Source of the DNA: Eledone cirrhosa
Taxonomy: Eukaryota
Assembly (NCBI GenBank): GCA_964016885.1
Contig: OZ024742.1
Span: 239,630,001 to 239,694,000, forward strand
Reading direction: 5' to 3'
Length of the DNA: 64,000 nt
Every line of letters begins with the position of its first letter. The first letter of the stretch is position 1. A program made the position numbers and the translations under genes. The notes under the pieces were generated by a model. It ran no database searches. It had not been told where the DNA came from and worked only from the letters and a program-made list of their open reading frames with translations. Shown here piece after piece: positions 36,324 through 50,675 of the stretch.

Positions 36324-36467
36324 GAGAGGAGGTACTGATAATATAATGGTTCTTCTTGTATGTCTTGGGTTATTTTAAGACTATTTTTATCTTGTACATG
36401 TATATTATCTGTTAATTGGCATGTTACTTAGATGGTTTCACATGGTTTCACATGGTTTCTCTCTCTC

Positions 36468-36518
<51 letters not shown>

Positions 36519-36704
36519 ATATATACTGTAAATGTGGTTGGCATTAGGAACGACATCCAGTCATAGAAATCAAGCCAGAAAGAATTCTGTATAAGCAAGA
36601 AATGGTCACCTGACCTGATTTGTCTCAAATGGGACAACTTATCTAACCCATGCTAGTATGGAAAAATGAACGTTAAACGGTGATGATTATATATATATAT
36701 ATAT

Positions 36705-37770
36705 TTAGGTTGTCCAGAAAGTTCTGAGCATTTTTTAATATGCAAACTGGGACATAAATAATTGACCTTTCAATAAATTTTATTCCATGAAATAATTTCC
36801 ATTATTATTAATGACTTTTGCCCATCTATCAGGCAATTTAAATATTCCATCAGCATAAAATTTGACTGTTTTGAAGAAAAAGGTTATCTAGATGCATTTT
36901 GACCTCATCTAAATCGTTAAATGTTTTTCCTTGCAATGAGTTCTGTAGAAACAAAAAAAATTGATAGTCGGATGGCACAATATCATGAGAATATGGTGGA
37001 TGGGGTAAGAGATCCCAGCCAAGTTCATGTAACTTTGTTTGGGTAGCTAAAGACATATGTGGTTGGGCATTGTCTTGTTGGGCTCTCTGGCCTCAATTCT
37101 TTAAATTTTTGATTTAAATCAGCCAGCTGATGACAGTACACATCAGAATTAATGGTCTGGTTTTGTAGAAGCTCATAATAAATAATGCCTTTATGATCCC
37201 ACCAAACACAAAGCATAGCTTTCTTGGCATGAATATTCGTCTTTGGTTGTTGTTTTGAGGGATCCTTATGCAAACTCCAGGGTTTTTTCGCACTATGTTT
37301 TCGTACACAATCCATTTTTCATTTCTAGTCACAAGTTATTTAAAAAAAGGCATACTTTCATTCCATTTCAAAAGTATATCACAAACGGAATACCGGACCA
37401 AGAAATTATTTTCTGAGAGTTTGTGAGGGTCCCATACATTATAGTGAGAAATGTATCCTAACTGTACTTTTAGAAGCTTCCAACTCCTCTGAAAAATCTC
37501 TAGTTGTGATACTTGAGTTTTTTTTTAGTTTTGCCTTCAAAACATCTTCATCCAATTTTGAAGGTGTTCCACTGTGACTGTCATCTTCCAAGCTAAACTC
37601 TACAGCTTTAAATTTTGCAAACCACCTTTGAACAGTTGATTCCCCTACAACATCACCATAAACTTCACAAATGTTTTTGCAAGTCTTTGCAGCATTTTCT
37701 CCTAATAGAAAAGCATTACAACACGAATATGAAATTTTTGGTTATCCATTTCAAATGAAAGATCTGGAAA
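36705..37770 (-). mobile_element. Decayed mariner (DD34D) element
   Basis: Fragments MDNQKFHIR (start about 37749), TRNEKWIVYEN, KKAMLCVWWDHKGIIYYELL, HPPYSHDIVPSDYQFF; TIR-like TTAGGTTGTCCAGAAAGTTC at 36705 next to (TA)n; multiple frameshifts. Confidence 0.88.
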
Positions 37771-37771
37771 A

Positions 37772-38677
37772 GCTCCCCCCCCCCCACACACACACACAGG
37801 GCCCAACAGTCCACAGACTGTTCCGAGTAATTACGATTTACCGTAGAAAAGGGAAATTTAATTTATTTCCAAGCACTCAGAAGAGGCAGACAGACCCAGG
37901 TGCCCTGAATGCAGCTAGGAGGGCATCCAAAGCCAGCCAGTGTCATAATATATGCCATGTATTCATAGCTAGTGAACTATACACAATCCCCAGCTGTTTA
38001 TATGTTACACCCTATTTGGTTTTGAGCTCTGCAGTTTATTTGTTTATTTGTTCATATGTTACACCCTATTTGTTATTTTGTATTCTTATATCTTATATTT
38101 TATATTTGTATTTTTTTTATTCCCATGACTACCACTCTGTATCTGTTTATGACTAGACCTTTTATATTCAGGTTACTCATCCTTTACCTAAATTCTTTTA
38201 CTCTCTCTGTCCCCAATACATTATACTTTCCATTAATTAAACACTCCGTCACATATTTACCATTAACTATATGTATGTTTGTTTGATTAACTGTCCCACC
38301 TACCCTTTGGGATACATTCGCTATATAATATATAATATATGATATATGATAGTGTCTTCATATTGTAGTGATAGCATGGTTTGAATGTATGTACCTTGTC
38401 TATGTGGATTACACCCAGTAGGATTTGGGGACTGACCGGCGAGTGGAACCTAGGGAAGAGCTGGGGATTGTTTATAGTTCTTTCACTACAAATACATGGC
38501 ATATATTATGACACCAGCTGGCTTTGGATGCACTCCTAGCTGCACTCGGGGTGCCTGGGTCTGTCTGCCTCCTTTGAGTGCTTGGAAATAAATAAAATTT
38601 CCCTTTTCTACGCTAAACAATAATTACTCGGATCGTTGACTGTTGGGCCCTGTGAGTGTGGGGGGGGGGGGGGGAGC
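37772..38677. mobile_element. Fold-back element with ~220-bp inverted arms and C/G-run termini
   Basis: 37772-37995 is the diverged reverse complement of 38459-38677; AT-rich spacer; no TSD seen. Confidence 0.75.
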
Positions 38678-39299
38678 GTCACTTTATTCAGGTGTTGTTA
38701 ACCGCCATACCTTACTTCTAACATTGAACTATAAGTGGAACCCAAAGCAGATAGTAAATTAGCTTAGCTTAACTAAACGGTAATTCATCGGCCAACTGTG
38801 CAGACTCTACTTGTTTAATTATACTTTAAACATTTTTAAACACTCAGTTTTAATTTTCTATCCATAAAATTAACCCTAACTCTAGCTTCTAAACGTTTTT
38901 AACCGAAATTTTTGTCTACTTGATATGTTCCTGGGTCCTCCCTTCCCCCCATGTGTTGTATACCTTCCATGAGTGTATAGAACTTAGCTTGACTCAAGCA
39001 GCTTATCATTATCTGTAACACAATATTCTTCACCCGTCCTCCTTCTCTGGTCTGCTGTCCAAAGACTGCTAGAATTGGGAGGTAGTAATGATTCACCTGA
39101 CAAACTGTATATCCCCCTACCCACTTAGCAAACTAACAGGAAAGTAACTCCGCTCAGAGAGTAGAGAGCAGTGTGGCAACATGCTGGCTCTTCCTCCCTG
39201 AGTCAAAAACATAAACACACATTTTTTCCTTTATATTTTCTGTGCTTGTTTCCTTAAAGTCTACCACCATTCCATTGGTATGCATCTGTTACGCAATTT

Positions 39300-39357
39300 A
39301 CACCTGAAGATGTCACCTAGTTCTTACACAACCTGGTCACTGAAATGTGCATAGTGT
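39300..39357 (+). ncRNA. Type I hammerhead ribozyme motif
   Basis: ACAC-CTGAAGA-t-GTcACC...GGTcAC-t-GAAA-TGTGCA-TA/GTGT: 4-bp stem I, stem II with one mismatch, minimal stem III, AUA triplet. Confidence 0.7.
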
Positions 39358-39600
39358 TTGCAGAAATTAAGGAAATTCAACATTTACTCTGTTCACACAC
39401 CATCAACATGATTCAACATCAAAGATGGATGAGTTGCATAATGTCGAGTGCTTTTCTCCAGAATGACCAATTCTATCCAGTAGTAAACCACCAAATTTAA
39501 ATGTATATATATATATATATATAACAAAGAGGGTGTAGTAAGATACCAGGTGGACCATAATGCACCAGAGTACTCAATACTTAGGGTTGTAGACTGGGTA

Positions 39601-39699
39601 ATATGAAAAGAGTCAGACCCCGACGGCTGAGCTCCAGCCATTTCGACAGCTAGATCCAATGGCTGGAGCTCAGCCATCGGGGTCTGACTCTTTTCATAT
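39601..39699. repeat. ~100-bp near-perfect palindrome at the end of a (TA)n-flanked element
   Basis: ATATGAAAAGAGTCAGACCCCGACGGCTGAGCTCCAGCCATT mirrors AATGGCTGGAGCTCAGCCATCGGGGTCTGACTCTTTTCATAT; older relative at about 49340-49465. Confidence 0.9.
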
Positions 39700-39737
39700 A
39701 TATATGTATATATATCATTCCCTTAATTTGTAATAGA

Positions 39738-39812
39738 GCTGTCTGATGAGATCATGGCACTGCTTAGGTGGAATCGCATGGGCACTGTCATCATTGAAAT
39801 ATGTATCACAGC
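39738..39812 (+). ncRNA. Type I hammerhead ribozyme motif
   Basis: GCTGT-CTGATGA-GATcATGGCAcTGC...GCAcTGTCATcATT-GAAA-TATGTA-TC/ACAGC: perfect 5-bp stem I, long stem II, AUC triplet; AATAAA follows at about 39819. Confidence 0.82.
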
Positions 39813-39899
39813 CTTCCCAATAAAGGACTTTAACATCTGCAACTACTTCCCATTTATATATATATATATACTTTGGGAGAGTCATATTGCTAATAGAAA

Positions 39900-40540
39900 C
39901 ACATGTACCAGTTTAGTTTCACATCAGTTTAATTATTAGGTAAGTGACCGTTCCTCAGCGAGTTTAACCAGATGGTTATTTAATTGTCAAAGCTATTTCA
40001 TCCTACATTCTGTGACCTTCTCAAAAACTATTTTTGCTTTTCTCTGTCTACTTTCAAAAGCTTCTGTTTGGTATGTGCCTGTATGTTTCTGTGTATTTGT
40101 CTTGTTTCTCCATGTGTGTATGTTTATTCTATTCTAGTATTCTTTAGATGGTGCGTTTGTTTGTGCAGCCTTTTGTATTTATTCTTATGTGTCATTATAT
40201 TGTCATCAGTCATTCTTAGGTTGTAGGGTTGTTGCTATTCCATTAATGCTTTCTGTTGAGGGTAGTTTATTTTCTGTTATGCATGGCTTCCTCAAGCATT
40301 GCCTGTTTGGTGTGTAGGTATGATTTTTACTTCAATATTTTCTAGTGAGCCACCTTGTTCTAGTTTGGCATGTTGGTAAAGCACTGATGAGATTTTCATG
40401 TTTGAGTTCCTTTCATCCTTTCTCCTGTGTATGTTGTGGTTATATTTTTATATTGTCCATCTGTATACCCAATAGTATATACTACATTTCAAGTTTTACA
40501 GTTTAACTATGTGCTTACCTTACAGACTATACAATTTCCA
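39900..40540 (-). mobile_element. Highly decayed Penelope-like 3' remnant with degenerate hammerhead
   Basis: Minus strand traces resembling GIY-YIG (LKCSIY..GYT; SSVLYQHAKLE) followed by CTGAGGA...GAAAC...GTA at 39900-39962. Confidence 0.4.
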
Positions 40541-40635
40541 TCAGTATGTCTTTTTTTTTAAATGGTTAAGTTCTACTGTTTAGGAATTGTATGGGAATTC
40601 TTCTACTACCTTGATTTTTCGTTGTTTGCCTACAT

Positions 40636-40750
40636 GTAGTCTTGCTGAGGCACCCCTCCATCTCATTTCTTGGACACAGCATACATCTACTCGTTTCCTC
40701 TCAAGCAACTCCACAATTTCTCAAGATGAACTTTTCAGGGTGCTAAATTG
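40636..40750 (-). mobile_element. RTE endonuclease N-terminal fragment
   Basis: Minus frame EIVELLERKRVDVCCVQEMRWRGASARL, a typical APE QE motif of RTE elements. Confidence 0.75.
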
Positions 40751-43700
40751 AGAGTGGCAGCCTGGAAGTGTGTTACTTGACAGTGGTGATTAAGTCCTCT
40801 GGTAGATTTTTGTACCTGGAAGGGAATCTAAGTGTGCACTTGCTCGATGATGGTTGAAAGGTTCTTGTACATGGCTATGTTAACCACCACACTACTGTAC
40901 GTTGCACTAATATGACTAGTGTTAGTCCTGTATACACAATTAGTGAGAGAAATATATTGCACTTTTCATATTTTGGCAGGGTTTTCTGGTTAAATGCCCT
41001 TCCTATCACCAAAGTGTGGACTGGGTGCATTATTCATGCCACCCGCACTAGAGAGCTTGTCTGACCAGACCTAAAGGCCATCTCTACCCTGTATCAGATT
41101 TTATTCAGAGTGACATCACTTCTAGTGTTTACAATATGGCTTAGAGCCCATGTCTGCACCATGTAATCATTTTCTTTGGAGTCACTGCCTTCTGCATGAC
41201 TTATGGAGCCCACTATGTCTTATATATATAATTTAATTAAGGTGAATAACCAAATATTTTATAGTTCAAATCACTTTATTCAGTTCTATGACAATTAATT
41301 AATCTAAAAATTGTTCAATAAATCAAAACAGTGATTTGAACTAATAAATCTTTGGTTATTCACCTAAATTGAATTATTATGCTCTGTATTTTCCTATTAG
41401 TGATTAACACATTGGGCTTTTACACACTTGGTAACAAACGAGTGTTATACCCACTCCTATTGATCTCATATATATACATGTGTGTGTGTGTGTGATGACA
41501 ACCAGATTATCTGACACTAAACAAAATAAATAAAATACATTGGTATGTTTGATTGTGGTGCCAGCACTATCACTCTACAGAGTGTACTGTGAGCAATTTA
41601 TCATGGCAACAGCATTAGAGACGTTGTTATATGTCCTTCTTGATTGAAGAGTCCGCTCTATTCTGTTGGCTCTGCTCAATCATAAACCACTTTACAAAGT
41701 GTATTGGGTGTATTTTATCATGGAAGTAGCACTATAGAGGTTGTCACATGCTCATTCAAACTGAAGTGTCCTGTCAGACTCTATATTTACTCAGTTCAAA
41801 CAACTATTTTACAAAGTGTATTGGGTGCATTTTATCATGGAACTAGCACTATAGAGGCCGTCTGATATCCAGCCAAACTGAAGAGTCCTGTCAGACTCTA
41901 CATTGCAGCTTCCAGTCTCTCAACATGTTTACTTTTAGTGTCACAGTGCTTGTACTGGTGGATGGGTCTTTTATAGTATGGCACATCGCCTGTGAGCCTG
42001 GTCCTATGTTATCTCCTTTGTGAAAGTCATTATTTAGCACTTCATTCTGTGTTCTCTTTAGTCTCACCTTTTCACAGGTTCCATTTTCTGTTAAGGGCTC
42101 AACACTTCTTATTTGACTCACTGTTTGCATATTACATGATTAACTCTTGTTCTTCTTGCACAACACTTGCCTACATTTCTAAATGAAATATAACAATATT
42201 ACAGATCCCATATCAATCATAGGGTACTTTTTGGAAGCAAATGTTTTAGTCAGATGCCCTTCCTGGCACCAACACTTTTAGAAGCGACTTACATTTCTAT
42301 CATCATCATCAGTGTTTTGCACATTTTCTATGTTGGCATGGATTGAATGGGTCGTCGCATTTTTAGATTAGGCAGATCAGATAATCACAGCTTGCTCATA
42401 TGTTCAATTTTGACATAGCTTCTATGACCATATTCCTTTCCTAATGCAAACCACCTTATAGTGATTACTGGGTACATTTTATCATGGTACCAGCACTACC
42501 ACCTTAAAGAGTATGCTGGGTGTACATGGCAACAACACTAAAGAGGTTGTTATATGCTCTACCAGACTGAAGAATCTGTTCTACCCTATATTGTCTCGCC
42601 AACCACTTTACAGTGTACTTAGTATATTTTATCATGACACCAGAACTACCGATTAACAGTGTAGTGGGTGCATTTTATGAGACCAACACTAGAGAGGTTG
42701 TTATATGCATAGCCAACATCTTCTCGTCTATATTTATTTAACCCTTTTGATGCCAACTCAAGTTCTATGATATAAAACTATGTTTTAATATGTTTATATT
42801 TATCTAAAAATAAAACAAAAAACGAAAACAAGAAAAAAAAACAAAAACAAAAGAGGGAAAACTGCAAGAAAGATCATAAGTAACTTTATTCCAAGTTACC
42901 ACCAGAACAACTTTGTCTATTGTCAAGGATTTTACGTTAATATCATGAGTTAGAAGTCAGTCATCTCAAATGTCTCTCTCTACACGCATGCATGCACACA
43001 CAGTGGTGAAATGATGGGAGAGTCAACTCCTTTTTATTTAATTTTTTTTTAGATATCTTTTAAAATATTTTTTTAATTGTATTTAAAATTACTTGCATTA
43101 TGAAGTTCCAATAGATTATCTTCCAAAAAAAGAAAAAAGAAAAAAAAAGCTAAGCAACGTATTAATAGAATGGAACGAATTACATTTTAGAAGTCGTTCC
43201 AGCAGAAATACATTAGACATTTCTGACAAAGTGTGTCTTGGTGTCATGCTCTAGTAAACTGATGAATGATAGCAAATGATAGATGATTGATTATGATGAA
43301 GAACAAGTGAAGTTTCCTCATAGATATAATACCTGACAATACTAGATAACATTTTGGCAAAATACACACACGTGTGTGTATATATATATAGTGTACCTGT
43401 AACAGACTACATTATAACCAATAAACTATAACAATCCAGCTTGGAACATCCCACACAAGTCCCCAGTCCCATTCCAAGCCTTTTAAACTTATTAACTCTA
43501 AGCTGTAACAGGGATAAAACTTTATGATGAATAGAGACATTTTTGTATCAGATAAACAGAAAAATGAAGACATCCAAGAGTCCTTACTGGCTGGGCCCTT
43601 TGGCTTCCAAGTATTTTGAGTCACCTCTGGTACTTCAATCAGATAACAGCACCTCAGCCTACAAAAAAAAAAATTAAATGCTTGGCCCCTAGGCTTCAGG

Positions 43701-46531
43701 AATTTTAGGTCCCCTGTTAAAACATTACTGAGTCCCTAGAGTATGCAGGGTCCTTAGGCTTCAGCTTTGCCAGCCTTATGAATAATACAGTTCTGGTCTC
43801 TGTTATATTTTATTTAAATGATTCAATGAAAGAGACTATAGAAGATATAAATAAATAGAAGAGGTTGAGGCAATGCAGTGTTAGGGATATGTAAACTAGA
43901 AATGTAACAAAATCACCAGAGAAGAATATTGTCCAAATTGATAAATTTCTCTTTTCCTCAAACATTAACAACCACCCAACATTCTCATATATATATATAT
44001 ATGAGAATGTCGAGTGGTTAAATTTATAAATTTAATATATATATAAGGAGAGAGAGTCTGTGGTGCTGAGACCAGGAGAGACCACTAATCATGGAAGTAT
44101 TCAAAGCATGGGGGGATGTAGAGTGGGTATAGAGATAGGTAAAATCCTGACTGTGGCACCAAGTGGTTTTGGCTAGTGTGTTCAGCAAGCCTTTTCAAGA
44201 GAGACCATACTGAATTGAATACTCAATATACATTATTTCATATATATCTTTATATACAGACACACACACACCTATATATATGATATAAGCCTCATAACCA
44301 CTGAAATAGTTGTAGGGTGCTGTCAAGACATTTAAACGTGGCAGAGCTCATTCCTGCCCAGGTCAGAACACAGCTGATATTTGAGAGGGAGATGGAAGAA
44401 TTAACATCAGTATTGAAATGCTACATTATTTAATCAACTGGAAGGATGGAAGGCAAAGTTGAACTCAGCAGGATTTGAATTCAGAGTGTAAAGAACTGGA
44501 AAAAATATCCCTAAGTATTTTAACTAATCTTTTGCCACTTCCCCACCTGCGTGTGCGTGTGTAAATAAATAAATACACACATAACCTGATGGTTTAGAAG
44601 TTCTCTTCTGGTTCTATCAATGTGCACCACTTTGGGGTAAGTTTTAATCAAAGTCTTCAGTGAAATTGTGCTGGATTAACTACTGGATCGTACTGTACCT
44701 GTAATTCCTGGCCTTAGGAATGCACAGTGTTAGCCACCTACACTATGATACTTAGAATGGTTAGGTAGATCTATGAATCGAATGTGGCACCCATATTTGT
44801 CAAAACCATACATGTATATGTGGAAACGTTTCTACACTCAATATATATATATTTTTTCAATTTTCATTCATTGACTTTTCTGTCTTTTAAAAATGTATTT
44901 CAGTTTAAAGGAATAAAGTTCTTACTCTCCAAAAAAGAAACATTATTTACTCAATATATATTTATTCAAATTTTTTTACCTTAGAAACTAAACTGGTTTT
45001 AAATGAAATTGTCTGGGTCACTATAAACAGAAAGATAAAAATACTGGTCTTAAAAAGAACAATTTTTCTTTTTCTTTCTTTTAAACTAAATAGTTACAGT
45101 TTCAAGTAAAACAATTATTCTAGCTCAAATAAATGTTCCGAGAATAACACAAAATAATCTGAACTTTAATTCAATATGTTAGAGAATGAACTCTGATAAA
45201 CTGTTGGTGCTGAACATTCTTATTATTTCTAATGAATATTATATGAAGGAATGAAATCTTGCTTTAACTCTTAACATCCTGTAATGATTTCACAGAAAAT
45301 ATTTAAAAGCAGGTTTGTTAATTCAAATGTTTATGGTATCTTTACCAGTAGACTGATTGTGGTGAAAATTTGCAGTGTTACAGTTAAGACTATCTAATGT
45401 GATATAGTCATAGTACGGTTTTGTATTTTTGAAGAAAGTCTTGTTAATTCAAATGTTTATAGTATCTTTACCAGTGGATAGATTGTCATGAAAATTTGCA
45501 GTATTAGAGTTTAATATTCAATGTGATGCAATCATAGTGTTATTTTGTACTCTTCAAGAATGTTTTTATAATTCAGTTTCATGTAGTACAAGATGTTAAG
45601 AATTAATAATTGTTTCTACTTTAGATATAATGTTATTTTTCAACCCTATATTCATTATCACTTACAAAACCAATTTCCTGCAAGGGCATATATATAAAAA
45701 TGTCCAAAAAATGATTTAAAGAAAAAAAAAAAAAAAAAATCAATTAAAATCTATGAATGTCAAGAAACAAATAAGAATTAAGAGTTTTTTTTTTTTTTTA
45801 CCCTCCTTTTAATCGATGTTCAAAGAGTAAAACAGTAATTTGGATAGTGGTATAACATCACCTGGGATACTGTTTAGGGTGTACTGATAACAATGAGATG
45901 AAACAAACCTCTAACAAAAAAAAACAAAAAAAAAATTCTTCGTTAACAGAATGGCATTAAAAACAAGCAATGGTTTATTGGGAAACACCACAAAGTCTAG
46001 CAAAGGTCCGCGCATCATTTATTATTAAAATGCAGCAAATTTACATGGTTTAACAATTTTTGGGAATTAAAAATTTTTTTTTAATAAGTCCAGACAAATG
46101 CTCTTTTTCTCATCACATTTGACTCCCATAAAACTGAGACTATCACTTTAAACAATGGAGAACCAGGCTTCTGAGTACAAAACTTAAATGTTGTGTAAGG
46201 AACACAGAATTTCATTTTTTTTTTTTGAGGGGTGGTAGTTGTGGTTTTCATGTATGCCAGCATGTAAACATGTATGAATGTATCTGTATGTATGTGTGGG
46301 AGAAGAGATTACCATGATTACCTCCCTTGTTTATAAGAAGACATAGCTTTTCTTATAACTGGAATGAAAATTTTTTTTTAGTAGCAAAGAAATGATATAA
46401 AAAAAAGATAAAAATAAATAATAAAAAAAATAATGCAACTCGACAGAAAATAGTTTGAAGAATATATTCCTTTACCATATCCTGAAAGAGAGGCGGGAGG
46501 GGGAGCCAAGAAAGGTGAGAGTGTGTTGGTG

Positions 46532-46687
46532 CCAGTGGTGGATTAAATAGGGGCGGGAAGGGCTGGCTGGGCTGTAGCCAGGGGCCCCACAGTATTTAAA
46601 GGACCCAAAATTAATTTTTTGGCTACCATAAATAAAACTGATGACATTTTCAGCAAAGGGTCCCCTGCAAGCTTAATCCGTCTCTGG
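46532..46687. mobile_element. Short hAT-like MITE
   Basis: Imperfect TIRs CAGTGGTGGATTAA / TTAATCCGTCTCTG; related copy at about 52505-52615. Confidence 0.5.
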
Positions 46688-48682
46688 AGGATACTACAAA
46701 ATTATTGAGTTTGGTTTTCTTAGGATTTGAAAATAAAATAAGATAAATATAAGATATATTTTCTTGGGTGAAAAAAAGATAAGACTTAGTCTTATTTTTT
46801 TTTCACGTAAGAAAATATATCTTTCAGGTAATTTACAAAGCATTTCTCAGTTGCCAGTTGTGGCTTGCAGCAAGATGAAAAAAAGGAAAAGAAGTGATCA
46901 TTACATCGGACCAAAGAAGCAATGTCTCTAATGGTCTTTCCATAGCTGATACTTCCTGTGCTGCAAACCATGTAAATAACTACTATATCACAATGAGCTA
47001 ATAAACAAATTTAAAACAAAAACAAAACTCAAGCTGAGAAAAAAAAAGGATTCAAATCTAAAAAACAAAAGAAAAAATGTTGCATTAAAAAGTTCCACCT
47101 TCATCTCCACCCAGCTGCTCTCTGTGTGGAATTGTACAATTAGTTTGGTTGTTATTGTTGGAAATGATGTCTTAAGGTAGTGGAATATGAAACTTGCAAA
47201 GGAATTATGTAACCAAGATATGCAGGGGATGGGGTGTCAGGAGCTGGAAAATGAATTAATTTAAAGAGTTACAGTAAAATCTCTTTGATGAGAGAGAGAA
47301 AAATAGGATATATATAGGAAGCGATAGATAGAGAGAGAGTAACAACCCGTTAGGGGATAAAACATTGTACTGAATCTGGTCCTTCCATCACTGCTCCTTA
47401 GAGTTTTTCCTTTTTTTTTTTTTTGAAAAGGAAAAATAAATAAATATAAGTAATTATGCTAAACTTAAATTTAGATCCATAGATTATATTGTTCCCCTTC
47501 TTTCTTTATTATTATTGTTGTTTTTACCTTTACTAACAGCCACAGGGAGGTCTGCTGTGAGTATTCAGTTTAGAATAGATACAACATATCCCTGATTGTC
47601 GTAAGAAGCGACTAAACCATTGTTGCCTAAAGGGGGGGGGGGACTCCATGGTGAGTATGAAGCTTGTCATAGGGCACTTCAGCCCTGCAAGGCTAACCTC
47701 TGCTTTATCAGGGAAGAAAAGCTTTAAGATGCTTGTTGTATTAACAGCCATGAACTATAGATAGCTTTCTCCATGGCTACTATATATATATACACATACA
47801 TGTACACTCAGTCCCCATCTATAAGTAAAACTACAAACAGGATTCTTGATGTATTTTCATCAAAAACAGGAATTTTTAAAGGTATGAGAGAGAGAGGGGG
47901 GAGGAGAAAGAGAGAAATAACAAAGATATGCAAAAAAAAAAAAAATGAAATAAAAATTAATGAATTGCTTAAAAATAAAATCTCAAGGAGTTCTCATCAA
48001 GTTGTAAGGGAAATGTCAGCAGTGTAGGCAGTTCTGGGAATGATATTTGGTGCAGTGGGCCTTTTTGAAAACTCAACAGGAAAGACAAGAGTCAAAATTG
48101 CCAGCAATTATTTAATAGTTTGTTTTTTTTTTCTTTTATATAACAAGAAAGTCCCAAATAGAAACATTGAAAAGTAAAATGCAGACACATATGTAGCAAC
48201 ATACAGAGAGGCTTGCATGCACAGACAGATTTTCGGTTTCATCCTTATTTCCAGCGCAAAGTAAAACATAAACAAGTTCATTTGAAGTGGTTTGATAACC
48301 CCAAAAAAAGAATGCTTTAGGGAGAGGACATGAAAAAAATAAAAAATAAATAAAACTTAACAGAAAAAAAAAATAACTCACGAAAAAAATAGTGAGTACC
48401 AATATTTAGTTATTCAAATGTGTGTGTCTATGTGTTTGAGTGAGCTTGTATGGATGTGTGTGTGTGTGTGTGTGACAGTGTGTACATGTATATGAGACCT
48501 TATTTTTACCAACAAGGGTCACATCACTAGATGCCATGTTATGCCTATGAAGAGACACAAGGGATTACAAGCTGAAACTACAGGGTTCAGTCGGATCGTT
48601 ACCTCATCAATATAGCCACTCTGTATCTCATAATGCGTCAAATACTACTGTGGTTTTCCAGGCCTTCACACCGCAGACACAT

Positions 48683-48714
<32 letters not shown>

Positions 48715-49535
48715 GACCCCCTTCAGTCATGGATGACCATGGGATTTGCACCTAAAAAGTTCCCCTCCGAGGCACAAAGTCTAGGCAAGATTTTTTTTGT
48801 GGCAGACCGGCAGTCAACCATTCATACCATCTTCCCCTCTACACACCATCGATGTTGTCCAACACTCTAACCAATAAACCATGCACCTTTACAAATGTAT
48901 ATATACTTACATATATATAATAGGTGAATTTCTGTTGTATAATGGGAGGTGACCACAGTTAAAATATATATATTGTTATTATATATCTATTTTCCATGCT
49001 AGCATGGGTTAGACTGGCTGTCATGTTCTGTGGCAAGACAAGTCAGTTGACTGTATCTTACTCATATGTTCCATTGAAGCATGGTTTCAGCAGCTGGATG
49101 CCCTTCTCAACTCCTCTATCTCTCTCTCTAATTACATATAAGGCTCAGGACAAATAATGACTAGCAGCACTTAATTATTCAAACCTGTGAGAGTGTGTGT
49201 GTATATATGAATATCTACACACACACACACACATATATATATACATACACACACACACATACATATAGGTTGGGAGTTACTAGTTTAAACTAGTAAGACC
49301 ATATTCAGCTAAGTACTCAATACCTGGGAAAGTAGAGTGTATGTTATAAAAAGTTAGAACCCGACAGCTGAGCTCATACCGTTTTGATGGAGAATGAATA
49401 ACACACTATATATGTCAAAACAGCATGAGCTCAGCCACCGAGCACTAACCCTTTACAATATACATATACTACTGGATAGACGTGTATGGCCACCGGCATA
49501 TCAATGATTGCATAACTGCACCTATGATTGAGTAA

Positions 49536-49586
49536 GTCACTGACGAAGTCACATGAATAACCATGTAACAGAAATATATATAATGC
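49536..49586 (+). ncRNA. Partly degenerate type I hammerhead motif
   Basis: CTGACGA-a-GTcACATG-aataac-CATGTaAC-a-GAAA-TATATA-TA followed by AATAAA; stem I is poor. Confidence 0.55.
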
Positions 49587-50245
49587 AATAAATAATTATG
49601 GTGAATTAATCCTGTCTTAACTACCATTATTTGATATAATATATATATATATGGAGCTAATACTGCCAAGTAATAATATTTTCAAGCAGAATGTGTTTAT
49701 GCCATTATAGATAGAAACAAAAATTCAGAAGAGATGTTGTTTTAATAATAGAGGAAATTAAGGACATATAATAACCCAAAATGAGATTACTGAGATCTTT
49801 AAAATCATTTAGTAGCTTTATAAATATTTCAATGCATGATATTTCAATTTAGTTCAAGAGAAAAATTTGAAGATGTACTCCTCTGAAGATACAACTATTC
49901 TTCTGGACTTGGTCATGGTAAAATCATTTATAGTGCTTCTGAAGTTGGACAATATTTAATAATGCTTTGTTATACTCAAAAGTTTCCTCTCTAAATCGAA
50001 ATAACATAAGCTTTAGTTGAATAATAGACACTGAAATATTTGTAAAACTAATAAGTGGTTTAAGTAATATACCCTTCTAATTTGTTTTATATATATAAAC
50101 CCCCTACACCTGGATATGTCTTCAAAAACAACTCTTTACTAGAGTGGACCACGGTGCCCAAAATATGACTGAGGTGTGAATGATCTGAAAGACTTCGCCA
50201 GGTGGTGCTATTATTTTAGACATGGGCCAATACTGGCTAAAACCT

Positions 50246-50280
<35 letters not shown>

Positions 50281-50467
50281 AACTAAGGACAATGCTGGTA
50301 TGAACTTTGCTGATATTAGGGGTTGTATGTAAATCTAGAACTGGCGCTCTATAGAGAACCCAACAATGATCTTGAATACCACTGTAATTCTGTGGTCCAG
50401 GAGTGAGCATATGCATGTGTGTGTATATATATATATATGTGTGTGTTTGATAGTGGGTGAGTTTGTG

Positions 50468-50675
<208 letters not shown>

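Noticed and set aside
48540-48615. Hammerhead-like words ATGAAGA...GAAAC (+) and TTGATGA...GAAC (-)
   Set aside because: Core nucleotides are mutated and stems do not pair convincingly.
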